A stretch of DNA of 64,000 bases, from positions 303,159 to 367,158 of the forward strand of contig CP179887.1 in assembly GCA_047456295.1 (NCBI GenBank), read 5' to 3'. The position numbers were made by a program, and so were the translations under genes. This document shows positions 54,947 to 64,000 of this stretch, in pieces. The stretch comes from Candidatus Nealsonbacteria bacterium (GTDB taxonomy: Bacteria; Patescibacteriota; Minisyncoccia; Minisyncoccales; JANBVM01). The notes under the pieces were generated by a model. It made no database searches. It worked only from the letters and a program-made list of their open reading frames with translations, and was not told the DNA's origin. How positions within the stretch are numbered: position 1 is the stretch's first letter; the number at the start of each line of letters is the position of its first letter.

Positions 54947-57655
54947 TTAAACAGCTACCTTCTGTTTTTTAGCCCGGGTTTTCATTTTAATTAAATCCCT
55001 GGGACCTTGAAAAATTATCTCTCCATCTTTTATGTCAATTATAATCCTGTCTCCTTTTTTAATCTCTCCAGACACAATCTTTAAGGAAAGGGGGTCTAAA
55101 ATCTTTTTTTGTATTACCCTTTTTAAGGGTCTGGCCCCTAGACTCTGGTCAAAACCCTTTTCTGCTATCAATTCTTTGACATCTTCTGTAATCTTGATTT
55201 CAATTTTTTTCTGAACCAATCTTTTAATAACTTTCTGAAGCTCTAAATCAGTTATCTTTTTAATCTCAGGTTTCCTCAAGTAGTTAAAGATAATGATTTC
55301 GTCAATTCTATTCAAAAACTCTGGCCTGAAATTTTCTTTCAAGGCTGTTAAGACCTTTTCTTTCAATGCTTGTTTTTGGCTTTTTTCCTTGTCCCCGCCC
55401 ACAAAACCCAAGGAAGCTTCCCTGGCAATAATATCTGAACCAACGTTTGAAGTCATGATTAAGATTGTGTTTTTAAACGAAGCTACCCTGCCCTTGGCGT
55501 CGGTCAATCTTCCGTCTTCTAAAATCTGAAGTAAGATATTGAAAACCTCAGGATGGGCTTTCTCAATCTCATCCAATAAAACCACGCTATAGGGCCTTCT
55601 CCGTATCTTTTCGGTTAATTGACCTCCTTCATCATAACCCACGTAACCAGGAGGGGAACCTATCATTTTGGAAACAGTATGCTTTTCCATATATTCAGAC
55701 ATATCAAGCCGAATCATGGCATTTTCATCACTGAACAGGAATTGAGCCAAGGCCTTGGCAGTTTCAGTCTTTCCTACTCCAGTAGGTCCTAAAAACATAA
55801 AAGAGCCCAAAGGTCTGTTTTCTTCAGAAATACCAGCCCTTGCTCTTCTTACAGCATTGGAAATAGCTACAATGGTCTGCTCCTGACCAACCACCCTCCT
55901 GCCAATGATTTTCTCCATTCTTTCCAGTTTCTTAATTTCTTTTTCCAGTAATCTGGTGGTGGGAATGCCTGTCCATCTGGAAACTACCCTGGCCACATCT
56001 TCTTCAAGGATCTCTCCTTTTAAAAGAGAATGTTTTTTCTGAATCCTGACCAGTTTCCTTTCAGCAGATTTTAAGTCTTTTAAGAGATTGGGGATTTTCC
56101 CGTATTTTATTTCTGCAACCTTCTGTAAATCAGCTTCACTGATTCCTTTTTCAGCTTCAAATCTGGCATTTTCTATTTCTTTTTTAAGGTTTTTTATCTT
56201 TGAAATTAATTCTTTTCCTGTCTGCCACTTAGTCCCGATTGCTCTTTCTTTTTCCTTGAGGTCTGAAAGCTGTCTTGAGATGACTCTCTGTCTCCTTTGC
56301 TTTCCTTTTTCTTTCTTGATTGCCTCTTTTTCAATTTCTAACTCTTTAATTTCTTTTTTTAAATTCTCCAGCTCAGCAGGTTCTGATTCAATCTCCAGTC
56401 TCAAGGCGCTCATGGATTCATCCATTAAATCAACTGCCTTGTCAGGTAAAAACCTGTCAGTAATGTATCTGGCAGCCAACTGGGCACAGGTGATTAAAGC
56501 TGAATCCTTTATTTTCACGCCATGATGGAGCTCATACTTTTCCTTTATCCCTCTCAAGATTAAGATGGTGTCTTTAATTGAGGGTTCTGCAACATAAATG
56601 GGCTGAAACCTCCTTTCTAAAGCCTGATCCCTCTCAATGTATTTTTGGTATTCCCTGAGAGTGGTAGCTCCTATTGCCCTTAACTCTCCTCTGGCTAAGG
56701 CAGGCTTCAATAAATTTGAAGCGTCAATGGCTCCTTCAGCAGCTCCTGCTCCAACCAGGGTGTGTAATTCATCAATGAATAATAAATATCTGCCACCTGC
56801 CCGGTTGATTTCCCTTAAAAGAGCCTTTACCCTGTCTTCGAATTCTCCCCGATATCTTGTCCCAGCCACCAAAGCACCTAAATCCAAAGCTATAATCTCT
56901 TTTTCTTTTAAACTTTCCGGAACATGACCAGAAAGAATTCTCTGAGCCAAGCCCTCGACAATAGCTGTTTTTCCCACCCCGGCCTCTCCAATTAAAACAG
57001 GATTGTTCTTTGTTCTGCGGGAGATAATCTGCATCAATCTCTTTATTTCATTCTCCCGGCCAATAACCGGGTCCAATTTCCCTTTCCTGGCCAGAGATAT
57101 CAGATTCCGGGCATATTTTTCAATCACCTGATATTTTGTCTCGGGTTTGGGGTCAGTAATTCTCTGCCCTCCCCTAATCTTGGACAATTCCTTTAAAACC
57201 GTATCATAATCCAATTTTCCGAATTTAAGTGAGTCTGTCCTGCTTTCAGGTTTTAAAAACCTGGCTTTATCCAAGAGTTCTTTTGCTTTTGTTTCAGTAC
57301 TAAAAAGGGCTAAAAACAAATGTTCAACTGAGATATATTCATCTCCCATTTTTGCAGCTTCTTTCTTTGCCTCGTTTAACACCTTGGCCATATCCTGGGT
57401 TAAATAAAACTGGCCTAAGGTCTTGGGAGTGACGATGGTAGGAATCTTGCCCAGAGAGTCTTGTGTTTTTTTCTTCAGATTCTCAATGTTCACCCCTATT
57501 TTCTCAAGCAAACTCAAAACAATGCTTTCTTCCTGGTTAAGCAAAGAATAAAGTAAATGCAGGGCATCTATCTGTTGCTGATCCTTTTTCCTGCTCAGTT
57601 CCTGGGCAGAAATTATGGCCTCCTGGGCCTTGTGAGTAAATTGACCTCCGTTCAT
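54947..57655 (-). CDS. clpB: Chaperone disaggregase ClpB
   Basis: 902 aa. Clp N-domain, two AAA+ modules ([15 protein letters not shown]; [15 protein letters not shown]), a long coiled-coil middle domain and [23 protein letters not shown]. Confidence 0.97.
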   Translation of the reverse strand: MNGGQFTHKAQEAIISAQELSRKKDQQQIDALHLLYSLLNQEESIVLSLLEKIGVNIENLKKKTQDSLGKIPTIVTPKTLGQFYLTQDMAKVLNEAKKEAAKMGDEYISVEHLFLALFSTETKAKELLDKARFLKPESRTDSLKFGKLDYDTVLKELSKIRGGQRITDPKPETKYQVIEKYARNLISLARKGKLDPVIGRENEIKRLMQIISRRTKNNPVLIGEAGVGKTAIVEGLAQRILSGHVPESLKEKEIIALDLGALVAGTRYRGEFEDRVKALLREINRAGGRYLLFIDELHTLVGAGAAEGAIDASNLLKPALARGELRAIGATTLREYQKYIERDQALERRFQPIYVAEPSIKDTILILRGIKEKYELHHGVKIKDSALITCAQLAARYITDRFLPDKAVDLMDESMSALRLEIESEPAELENLKKEIKELEIEKEAIKKEKGKQRRQRVISRQLSDLKEKERAIGTKWQTGKELISKIKNLKKEIENARFEAEKGISEADLQKVAEIKYGKIPNLLKDLKSAERKLVRIQKKHSLLKGEILEEDVARVVSRWTGIPTTRLLEKEIKKLERMEKIIGRRVVGQEQTIVAISNAVRRARAGISEENRPLGSFMFLGPTGVGKTETAKALAQFLFSDENAMIRLDMSEYMEKHTVSKMIGSPPGYVGYDEGGQLTEKIRRRPYSVVLLDEIEKAHPEVFNILLQILEDGRLTDAKGRVASFKNTILIMTSNVGSDIIAREASLGFVGGDKEKSQKQALKEKVLTALKENFRPEFLNRIDEIIIFNYLRKPEIKKITDLELQKVIKRLVQKKIEIKITEDVKELIAEKGFDQSLGARPLKRVIQKKILDPLSLKIVSGEIKKGDRIIIDIKDGEIIFQGPRDLIKMKTRAKKQKVAV

Positions 57656-57748
57656 ATAATTTTATTTTATATCAAAAACTTAAAAAATCAAGTTAAAAAG
57701 AAAAACAGGTAGGTTTGAATTTGTCTGTTTACATTATTTGTTTCAAAA

Positions 57749-59038
57749 CTATTCACTCATTTCACCCAACACCACATTAATGATTTCTTCCTCCTTTCCC
57801 CTTAATATCTTTAAAGAAACCTCGTCTCCTGGATTATATTTTATAATAATCTTTGCCAGACTATTATCAATGGTAATCTTTTCTTCATTAAACTCCAAAA
57901 TAATATCTTTTTCTTTTAAACCAGCTTTTTCAGCTGGTGACCCAGGGGAAATAGCAGGTTGTCCTTTGTCTCCTATTATCAAGGCACCTGAATCCACCTG
58001 GAGATTGTTGTCTTTCTGGACATCCTCATTAATTAAAATATATCTTACCCCTAAAAAAGGATAAACTATTTTACCCAGGTTCTTTACCTGTTCAATGTCT
58101 CTTTTCGCTTTATTGATAGGAATAGCAAACCCTATATTTTGTCCCTCAATATCAATGGCTGTATTAATCCCTATCACTTCACCTTTTAGATTTAAAAGAG
58201 GGCCTCCAGAATTTCCTTTGTTAATGGCAGTATCTGTTTGAATGACATCTTCAATGGTTTCATAAAATCCTCCGCCTGAAGCTGTGATTGTTCTTCCTAA
58301 TCCTGAAACAACCCCAACAGAAATAGTATTCTGATATCTTCCCAAAACATAACCTATGGCAATCACTGTCTGGCCAACCTGTATTTTGTCAGAATTGCCG
58401 AGTTTCACCTGAGGAAAAGATTTAAAAGCACCTTCCTGTTTAATCTTCAGTATTGCTATATCTTGAACAGGATCCCTTGCTAAAACCCCGGCTGAAAAGC
58501 TTTCGCCATCTAAGGTTAAAACAGTATAATCTGCATCCTGGTCTAAAACCACGTGTTTGTTTGTTAAAACCATTCCATCTTCAGAAATAATGAATCCTGT
58601 TCCTCCGCCCACTTCTTTTTTTTCAACCCCTTTTTCCCGATATCTAGGAACTTTAAATTCAAAAAATGGATCGTTAAAAAATTCCTCAAAAGGAGAGTAA
58701 TAATATTCTTCAAGCACAGGAAGGTCTTTGGTCACAATGATACTTACCACAGCCGGGGAAACCTCTTTTACTACTTTAATGACTGATTGTTCCTGAAGGG
58801 TCTGGGGCAGATAAACTTCTTGTCCAACTGGTTCAGGCTTCAGTTTATTTAAATAATCCTTCATCTCTAAATAAAAATATCCCCCAGAAATTGCTCCAGC
58901 TAAAAACCCGAAAACTGAAGAAACAAAAATAGTTAAGATTAAAATTGGAAAGACCTTGTTTTTCCCAGGCTTCAAAAACTTAATCTTTTGCATTCCCAAT
59001 TGAGGTTTTTTAATTTGTGGCAACCTATAGTCTATCAT
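57749..59038 (-). CDS. htrA: HtrA/DegP-family serine protease with one PDZ domain
   Basis: 429 aa. N-terminal TM. GTGFIISEDGMVLTNKHVV (His), DIAILKI (Asp), GNSGGPLLN (Ser), and PDZ SPAEKAGLKEKDIILEFN. Confidence 0.9.
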   Translation of the reverse strand: MIDYRLPQIKKPQLGMQKIKFLKPGKNKVFPILILTIFVSSVFGFLAGAISGGYFYLEMKDYLNKLKPEPVGQEVYLPQTLQEQSVIKVVKEVSPAVVSIIVTKDLPVLEEYYYSPFEEFFNDPFFEFKVPRYREKGVEKKEVGGGTGFIISEDGMVLTNKHVVLDQDADYTVLTLDGESFSAGVLARDPVQDIAILKIKQEGAFKSFPQVKLGNSDKIQVGQTVIAIGYVLGRYQNTISVGVVSGLGRTITASGGGFYETIEDVIQTDTAINKGNSGGPLLNLKGEVIGINTAIDIEGQNIGFAIPINKAKRDIEQVKNLGKIVYPFLGVRYILINEDVQKDNNLQVDSGALIIGDKGQPAISPGSPAEKAGLKEKDIILEFNEEKITIDNSLAKIIIKYNPGDEVSLKILRGKEEEIINVVLGEMSE

Positions 59039-59056
59039 ATCAAATCTTATTGTCTC

Positions 59057-59782
59057 TTAATCTCTTTTATTTCTCAATGAATTGATGAATTTATACTGAA
59101 AAATATCTGTTTTTATGGGTCCCAAGAACAACATGTAGGCTCCAGCTAAAATATATTTTAAATATATTTTAACCCTTCCTTGTCTTTCAAATCTCCTAGA
59201 AGAAGTGAAGACACCTTTGGTTTCAATAAACCCGAATTTCCCGTATTTTCCAGCTCTCCTGGCATAATAATGGTCTTCCCCCAGCCTTATTTCCTCATCA
59301 AATCCCTTGACTTTCTGATGGATTTCTCTTTTTACCAGGACAGAATTGGTAGCATGGGGTAAAAAACTCTGACTCAGTTTTACCCACAGATTGTAAAGCC
59401 AGAAAGCGAATTTATCAACCAGAGCTCCATTGGGATAAATGGAGAAAGAAGCCACTCCTAAATTCCTTTTTTCAAATTCTTCCACAAGTTTCTCTAAAAA
59501 ATCATCTGCTAAAATCTTATTATCTGCATCCATAAATAAAAACAAATTCCCTTGAGCAATCTCAGCTCCTTCATTTCTTCCTTTGGCCGGCAGTCCCCCT
59601 TTTACAATCTTGCAGCCAAAGTGTTCAGCTATCTCTGTTGTTTTATCCATGGAACCTCCATCTGCAATAATTATTTCATAATCTTTAAGGGTTTGTTTGT
59701 TAATCCCCTCAAGCAAAACAGGGAGGTTTTTTTCCTCGTTCAAGGCTGGAATAATAATGCTTAACATGTTTTTTATTTCCAT
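59057..59782 (-). CDS. Glycosyltransferase family 2 (polyprenyl-phosphate glycosyltransferase-like)
   Basis: 241 aa. LSIIIPALNEEKNL..IIIADGGSMDKT..FMDADN. Confidence 0.8.
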   Translation of the reverse strand: MEIKNMLSIIIPALNEEKNLPVLLEGINKQTLKDYEIIIADGGSMDKTTEIAEHFGCKIVKGGLPAKGRNEGAEIAQGNLFLFMDADNKILADDFLEKLVEEFEKRNLGVASFSIYPNGALVDKFAFWLYNLWVKLSQSFLPHATNSVLVKREIHQKVKGFDEEIRLGEDHYYARRAGKYGKFGFIETKGVFTSSRRFERQGRVKIYLKYILAGAYMLFLGPIKTDIFQYKFINSLRNKRD

Positions 59783-60759
59783 AATTTTTTAGCTTCCTGC
59801 CATATCTCAGGTTTATTATGTTTTTCCTTCATCTGATACCACCACTCGCTTCCCCATAAATAGAATCTATCAAGGCCGGTTCTTTTGGCAAAATCAATGT
59901 TATGCCTGAACTGCTCTAAATCCATTGTTTTTTCCTGTTCCTCTAAAGGACAAACATAAAGTAATTTAGAGCACCAGGGTTCTGCCTGCAGTTCAGTACA
60001 GATTACTTTTTTATTAAAAATCTTTTTTATGACCTGGGACTTTCTCCAGTAAAAAACAGGGGGGAAAGGATAAGAAACTGAAACACCCAATTCTCCAAAC
60101 CAGACCTTTTTATATATTGTCATTCCCACCAGATCACCCAGTCTGGCAGCCTCTATCCAGAAAGAACCTTCACCACTGGCTGAAATTAAAACCTGTCTTC
60201 CTGAATCTATTGATTTTACTAAATCTACCTCTTTTTTCAAGAAATCCCTGTCTTTCCAGGGACATTCACCAAAAGGAAAGAAAGGTTCATTTTCAATCAT
60301 CCAGACAGATATGGAAGATTCCTCCTGATACCTCAGGACAATCTTTTTAATAAGGTTTAAGATTCTTTCCTGCTGTTCTTTTTTATCCAGACCCTTTGCC
60401 CATTCCGGGATATGACATTCCGGCCAACGACCGGTTTTCATGCCAATGACCAGAATAATCTTTGCATTATTTTTTTCCGCCTCATTAATCTGCCAATCCA
60501 GAGCATTAAAATGAAATCCATCTCTTTCTGGTTCAATCAAGTCCCAGTGGGTAATTAATTTTATGTCTTTTATTCCTAAATCAGACAACAAGGCTGTATA
60601 GTTTTTCTGCCAATCCAGGCCTAAATCCTGGGCATGTTTCTGGGAAAAATTAACCCCAAAGACAATCTCTTCTGCCTCAGGAGGGACACCAATAAAAAAA
60701 TAACCTAGCAAAATCAAAAAAATAATCAATACACTAAATAAGAACATTTTGGGTTTCAT
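59773..60759 (-). CDS. Membrane-anchored clan GH-A (TIM-barrel) glycoside hydrolase-like protein
   Basis: 328 aa. N-terminal TM. HWDLIEPERDGFHFNALDWQINEAEKNNAKIILVIG and WMIENEPF (NEP acid/base motif). Confidence 0.6.
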   Translation of the reverse strand: MKPKMFLFSVLIIFLILLGYFFIGVPPEAEEIVFGVNFSQKHAQDLGLDWQKNYTALLSDLGIKDIKLITHWDLIEPERDGFHFNALDWQINEAEKNNAKIILVIGMKTGRWPECHIPEWAKGLDKKEQQERILNLIKKIVLRYQEESSISVWMIENEPFFPFGECPWKDRDFLKKEVDLVKSIDSGRQVLISASGEGSFWIEAARLGDLVGMTIYKKVWFGELGVSVSYPFPPVFYWRKSQVIKKIFNKKVICTELQAEPWCSKLLYVCPLEEQEKTMDLEQFRHNIDFAKRTGLDRFYLWGSEWWYQMKEKHNKPEIWQEAKKLWK

Positions 60760-60770
60760 TTAAAAATGTT

Positions 60771-62069
60771 TTAATGCTGAGAAATTATTTTTTGTATGTT
60801 AAAAACTCCTCTTTTTTGTCCTTCCACAAATCCCTGCATGGCAGCCTCTGCAAACCATCCAGTTTTTAATAAATCAAAAAGCCATTCATTGGTGTATTTT
60901 GGATTCTGCTGCTCAATGGCAGAACCCAACCTTAGAATCCATTCACGATTAAAACCTTCCTGGGAGCCTATTAAAGGAGCGATAATAATTGGCAGGCCTA
61001 AAGCAGTATAAAAAGACAATTCACTTGGCTTTGTCCATAAAATATCTGTTTTTCTCAATGCAAGATTGAATTCCTTAAAATATCCTCCTATTTCTTTGTT
61101 AAAAATTATCTCTATATTTTCATTCAAACTGTCTTTTAAATTTAAATCCTTTATTTTCTTCACAAAATATTCCTTAATCCAGTCTCTGATTCCAGCCACT
61201 AAAATGATTTTAATTTCCTTGTTCTTAATTTTTTTCCGCAAGGTTTTTAAAATATTGAACCCAATTTCCTTTTGAGCTCCTGCTCCCCCTATTGCAAACA
61301 TCAGTGTTAAAGGACGGCTTGGTTTTTTGGGCAGCTCACCTAAATATCTTTCAATTAAAGATTGGTATCGCTGAAAATATTTCCTTTTTGGGTCAAGAAT
61401 TAAAAGGCGCTCAGCCAAATCATGCTTTAATATTTCCAGGTTTTCAGAACCAATATTTTCCAAAGGCAAGGGAAAACCGGTAAAAAAGATATTTTTGGCT
61501 CTTATCCCATAAAGCTTTAATCTCTCCATCACCCTTTCAGTGGGAGCAAAATATTTAATCCTGCTCAAAGAAGGCTTTAAAGGAGCCCAGGATCTAGCAA
61601 TGTCAGCATCGCACACAATACAGAAAATCTCTCCAGGATAATTGAAAAACTCAGCCATGAAAGCAGGGATAAAAAAGGTGGAAACAAAGGGCAAGGGTTC
61701 TTTTTTTAATCTGTCAATCAAATCCTTCCCCCAGCCGCTTTTAAATAAAGAATAGAATCTTCTTAAAGAAAAATTGGGTTTGGATAAATCCCTTCTGGGA
61801 TAAAAACTGAGAATTTTTTGGAATTGGTCATAGAGAGAAAAAGAAAATTCACCAATCAAGGGAATCCTTTTAAAATTTGAAATAAATTCATAAAATCTCT
61901 TTGATTCCTCCCAAATCGCCCTGTCTCTTTCCGGGATTCCTTGATAGCTGTTGGCATTAATAATTTCTCCCTTAAAAGCTAAACTTTTCAAAGGATAAGC
62001 TGTTCTCTGGTGACCATAACCCATATTCACATCTACCACCCAAGCTTTCTGATTGATAGATTGTTTCAT
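60771..62069 (-). CDS. GT-B glycosyltransferase, UgtP/MGDG-synthase-like (GT28-type)
   Basis: 432 aa. VVDVNMGYGHQRTAYPL resembles the N-terminal G-GH..A motif. TKPSELSFYTALGLPIIIAPLIGSQEGFNREWILRLGSAI resembles TKPGG...P.I...PGQE..N of diglucosyl-DAG synthases. Confidence 0.55.
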   Translation of the reverse strand: MKQSINQKAWVVDVNMGYGHQRTAYPLKSLAFKGEIINANSYQGIPERDRAIWEESKRFYEFISNFKRIPLIGEFSFSLYDQFQKILSFYPRRDLSKPNFSLRRFYSLFKSGWGKDLIDRLKKEPLPFVSTFFIPAFMAEFFNYPGEIFCIVCDADIARSWAPLKPSLSRIKYFAPTERVMERLKLYGIRAKNIFFTGFPLPLENIGSENLEILKHDLAERLLILDPKRKYFQRYQSLIERYLGELPKKPSRPLTLMFAIGGAGAQKEIGFNILKTLRKKIKNKEIKIILVAGIRDWIKEYFVKKIKDLNLKDSLNENIEIIFNKEIGGYFKEFNLALRKTDILWTKPSELSFYTALGLPIIIAPLIGSQEGFNREWILRLGSAIEQQNPKYTNEWLFDLLKTGWFAEAAMQGFVEGQKRGVFNIQKIISQH

Positions 62070-62207
62070 ATATATTATTTTATCAAAATTCTTCTAATTT
62101 AGCATTCTTTTATATAAAAGCTTGATAAATTTTTGTTTTATAATAATTTTTTAAAAATACTAAAATTTAATAAAAGAAAGATGAATCGTCTTATTTGGTG
62201 ACATATT

Positions 62208-62235
62208 TTGACAAATTATAAAAAAGATGTATAAC
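62208..62235 (+). promoter_or_regulatory. Sigma-70-type promoter for the 80-aa ORF
   Basis: TTGACA (62208-62213), 16 nt, TATAAC (62230-62235). An AAGGTG SD lies 6 nt before TTG at 62265. Confidence 0.5.
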
Positions 62236-62264
62236 AAAAACAGATATTTAAAAAGGTGTAAAAA

Positions 62265-62507
62265 TTGAAAGGGGAATTGATAGATTTGGAAGACTTAAAT
62301 TTTAATAGAGGTGGAATAGTAATATATAAAAGACAGCATATCTTTTACCTCATCATTGAAGAAAATATAATGGTATTAGGAAAAGTAATTGACTGGAAAA
62401 AAAATTTTTCTCTCCCTAAAACAGTTGAAACCATAACGGAAAGCAAGGCAAAAAAGGGAATACAAGAGTTACTATCCAAGAAGATACCGGTTTTTTTCTT
62501 CAATTAA
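62265..62507 (+). CDS. Hypothetical small protein
   Basis: 80 aa with a TTG start. It has its own promoter-like element, an SD and a downstream terminator. No recognisable domain. Confidence 0.5.
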   Translation: MKGELIDLEDLNFNRGGIVIYKRQHIFYLIIEENIMVLGKVIDWKKNFSLPKTVETITESKAKKGIQELLSKKIPVFFFN

Positions 62508-62539
62508 TCGTCTCTAACTTATTTATTATTAAACACACA

Positions 62540-62581
62540 AGAGAAATAATTCTTTTGAAAAGAAAATTTCTCTTTTTTTTT
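62540..62581 (+). terminator. Intrinsic terminator (long imperfect hairpin + T9), possibly bidirectional
   Basis: AGAGAAATAATTCTTT-TGAA-AAGAAAATTTCTCT followed by TTTTTTTTT. It abuts the comEC stop. Confidence 0.5.
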
Positions 62582-64000
62582 ATCCTAAAAACTTTAATCT
62601 TTGTCTCTCCTGCAGCTTCCAAGCCACAAAACCCAAAATTAAATAACAAACCAACAACCAAACAAAAGAAACATTTTTAAAACTCAAGGTGGCATAGGGA
62701 ATCTTTGAAGAAACATCAACTATTTTTAATATATAGGTTAAAAGCAGCCAAACAGGAAAAGAAAGCAAATAAGAGAAAGGGGGAAACATGGCTCCCAGAA
62801 AAGCAAGGATAAATCCCAAAATAGTAATTAAAGGTAAAAGAGGAACAATGAAAATGTTGGCTAAGGGACCTGCCAATGGTATCTGTCCAAAATTATATAT
62901 TAAAACAGGAAGGGTGAAAAATTGAGCGGCAAGAGTAGAAGCTAAAGAATATCTGAGCTGAAAAACATTGGGAACCTTTTTTAAAAACTCCAAAAAAACA
63001 GGCTGTAAAAAAACCAATCCCAATATTGCTAAAAAAGATAATTGAAATCCAGCATCTGATTTCAAAAGCAAGGGATTAAAAAACAACATTAAAGCTGCTG
63101 ACAAAATGATTGTCCTCAAACCATTGGAGGCCCTGCCAAAATGCTGGGCTGTTAAAAAAAGAATACCCATGATAGCTGCCCTGACAGCTGAAGACGAAGC
63201 ACCAATAGATAAGACATAAAATAAAATCAATGCTATTGAAAGATAAAATGCCTGTTTCCTCCAGAATCCCAAAAACAAGAGAAACCCTAAAATCAAAGAA
63301 GATATAATGGTAATGTTCATTCCAGAAACAGCAGTAATGTGACGGGTGCCTGTAAGATTAAATTTTTCCTTCCAGGCCTTTGGAATGTTTTCCTCATTAC
63401 CAAAGAACAAGGCTTCCAAGAGTCCTGCCTGGGGTGAAGGCATTATTTTCCCTACGCTCTCTTTCAATCTATCGGTTAAAGAAAATAGTGTTTTAATTAT
63501 CAGATTGCCAAACCCCTCCCCTATCAACTCTATCTCTGGGAAATACATTACAGAATAAATTCCGTCTTTTGCTAAATACTCCATATAATTAAAATCTTCA
63601 AAAACCCTGGGTTCCTCTATTAATCCTGTGATTTTTAATTTATCTCCATATTTGTACTGAGGATACCTCCAGCAGGTCACTAAGATCTTGCCTTTTAAAT
63701 CTTGAAGCTGAATTGTTAATTTAGTGGTTTTTTCTCCCAAGACCGGTTGTTTATTAACCATTCCTATCAAACTAACAACTTGCTTTTGTCTGGTATAATC
63801 TTCTAATTCATTGTTTTCCCCTCTTAAAATAAATGTTTGGTGGCGCCAGATTCCCAGGACAAAAAACAATAAACAAAAACCAATCACCACTATCTTTTTA
63901 TATCCCCAGAAAAGGGAAACAAGGACAATTCCCAGCATTAAAATTCCCAGAAAATAAATCTGGGAACTTGCAATAAAGGAGTTTACAAAGATTCCTCCAA
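62580..64000 (-). CDS. comEC: ComEC/Rec2-family DNA internalisation channel, short form (OB/DUF4131 + competence domain, no beta-lactamase domain); the 5' end lies beyond the window
   Basis: The frame stays open to the right edge (..GGIFVNSFIASSQIYFLGIL before the track Met at 63938). The DUF4131-like region is KILVTCWRYPQYKYGDKLKITGLIEEP. The competence domain is TGTRHITAVSGMNITII...SSSAVRAAIMG. The stop comes directly after the last TM. Confidence 0.85.
   Translation of the reverse strand, partial: GGIFVNSFIASSQIYFLGILMLGIVLVSLFWGYKKIVVIGFCLLFFVLGIWRHQTFILRGENNELEDYTRQKQVVSLIGMVNKQPVLGEKTTKLTIQLQDLKGKILVTCWRYPQYKYGDKLKITGLIEEPRVFEDFNYMEYLAKDGIYSVMYFPEIELIGEGFGNLIIKTLFSLTDRLKESVGKIMPSPQAGLLEALFFGNEENIPKAWKEKFNLTGTRHITAVSGMNITIISSLILGFLLFLGFWRKQAFYLSIALILFYVLSIGASSSAVRAAIMGILFLTAQHFGRASNGLRTIILSAALMLFFNPLLLKSDAGFQLSFLAILGLVFLQPVFLEFLKKVPNVFQLRYSLASTLAAQFFTLPVLIYNFGQIPLAGPLANIFIVPLLPLITILGFILAFLGAMFPPFSYLLSFPVWLLLTYILKIVDVSSKIPYATLSFKNVSFVWLLVCYLILGFVAWKLQERQRLKFLG

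Noticed and set aside
1-64000. Possibility of an alternative genetic code (UGA recoding, as in some candidate phyla).
   Set aside because: Long, domain-complete ORFs are obtained with the standard code. TGA is seen acting as a stop, for example at 48858-48860, and terminating frames cleanly elsewhere.
1-64000. Search for tRNA, rRNA, tmRNA, SRP RNA, transposase or integrase genes in the intergenic regions (2865-3050, 18571-18818, 45472-46273, 53358-54218, 62070-62264).
   Set aside because: No cloverleaf-compatible sequence was recognised by eye. Nor did I find GGTTCGAATCC-type T-arms, an SRP GGAA/AGCA motif or recombinase motifs. A covariance-model scan would be needed to exclude small RNAs formally.

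Overview
AT-rich (by eye about one-third G+C), very gene-dense window with about 55 protein genes, most on the minus strand. The code is standard (TAA, TAG and TGA all end long ORFs). No rRNA, tRNA, CRISPR array, transposase or integrase was recognised. The gene content suggests a small-genome Patescibacteria/CPR-like bacterium: lamin-tail-domain and PG-binding surface proteins, a short ComEC, DUF1614/DUF5667-type genes and a long RNase P RNA. Taxonomy cannot be proven from the window. Layout: (1) 1-18.6 kb is a housekeeping minus-strand block (lepA, murJ, rnpB on +, rnhA, DHH phosphoesterase, pgk, secA, hpf, murB). It is interrupted by a three-gene HTH / membrane protein / VirD4-TraD-like ATPase module (6.3-10.3 kb) and a four-gene polyamine module (14.0-16.8 kb). 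(2) 18.8-37.9 kb is a ~19 kb Wzx/Wzy-type glycan locus: priming phosphotransferase, about 8 glycosyltransferases, gmd/fcl, a sugar C-methyltransferase, an aminotransferase and unusual fusions. (3) 37.9-45.5 kb holds an HExxH protein and a 1162-aa surface protein that share a coiled-coil + PG-binding module, downstream of an ECF sigma/anti-sigma/DeoR-type set. (4) 45.5-54.2 kb is an accessory-looking segment: two ORF-poor stretches, a DUF4177 micro-gene, hicBA, a Fic protein, and a large LTD/PKD/beta-helix surface protein whose reading frame is broken exactly at a G12 homopolymer. (5) 54.2-64 kb holds an inactive HtrA-like gene, clpB, htrA, a glycolipid-type GT/GH/GT trio and a short comEC running off the right edge. 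The ORF track uses ATG/GTG/TTG starts, so 5' ends are uncertain by tens of nt. The best candidates for something new are the stand-alone split coupling-protein-like module (6337-10294) and the G-tract-switched giant surface protein (47541-52059).
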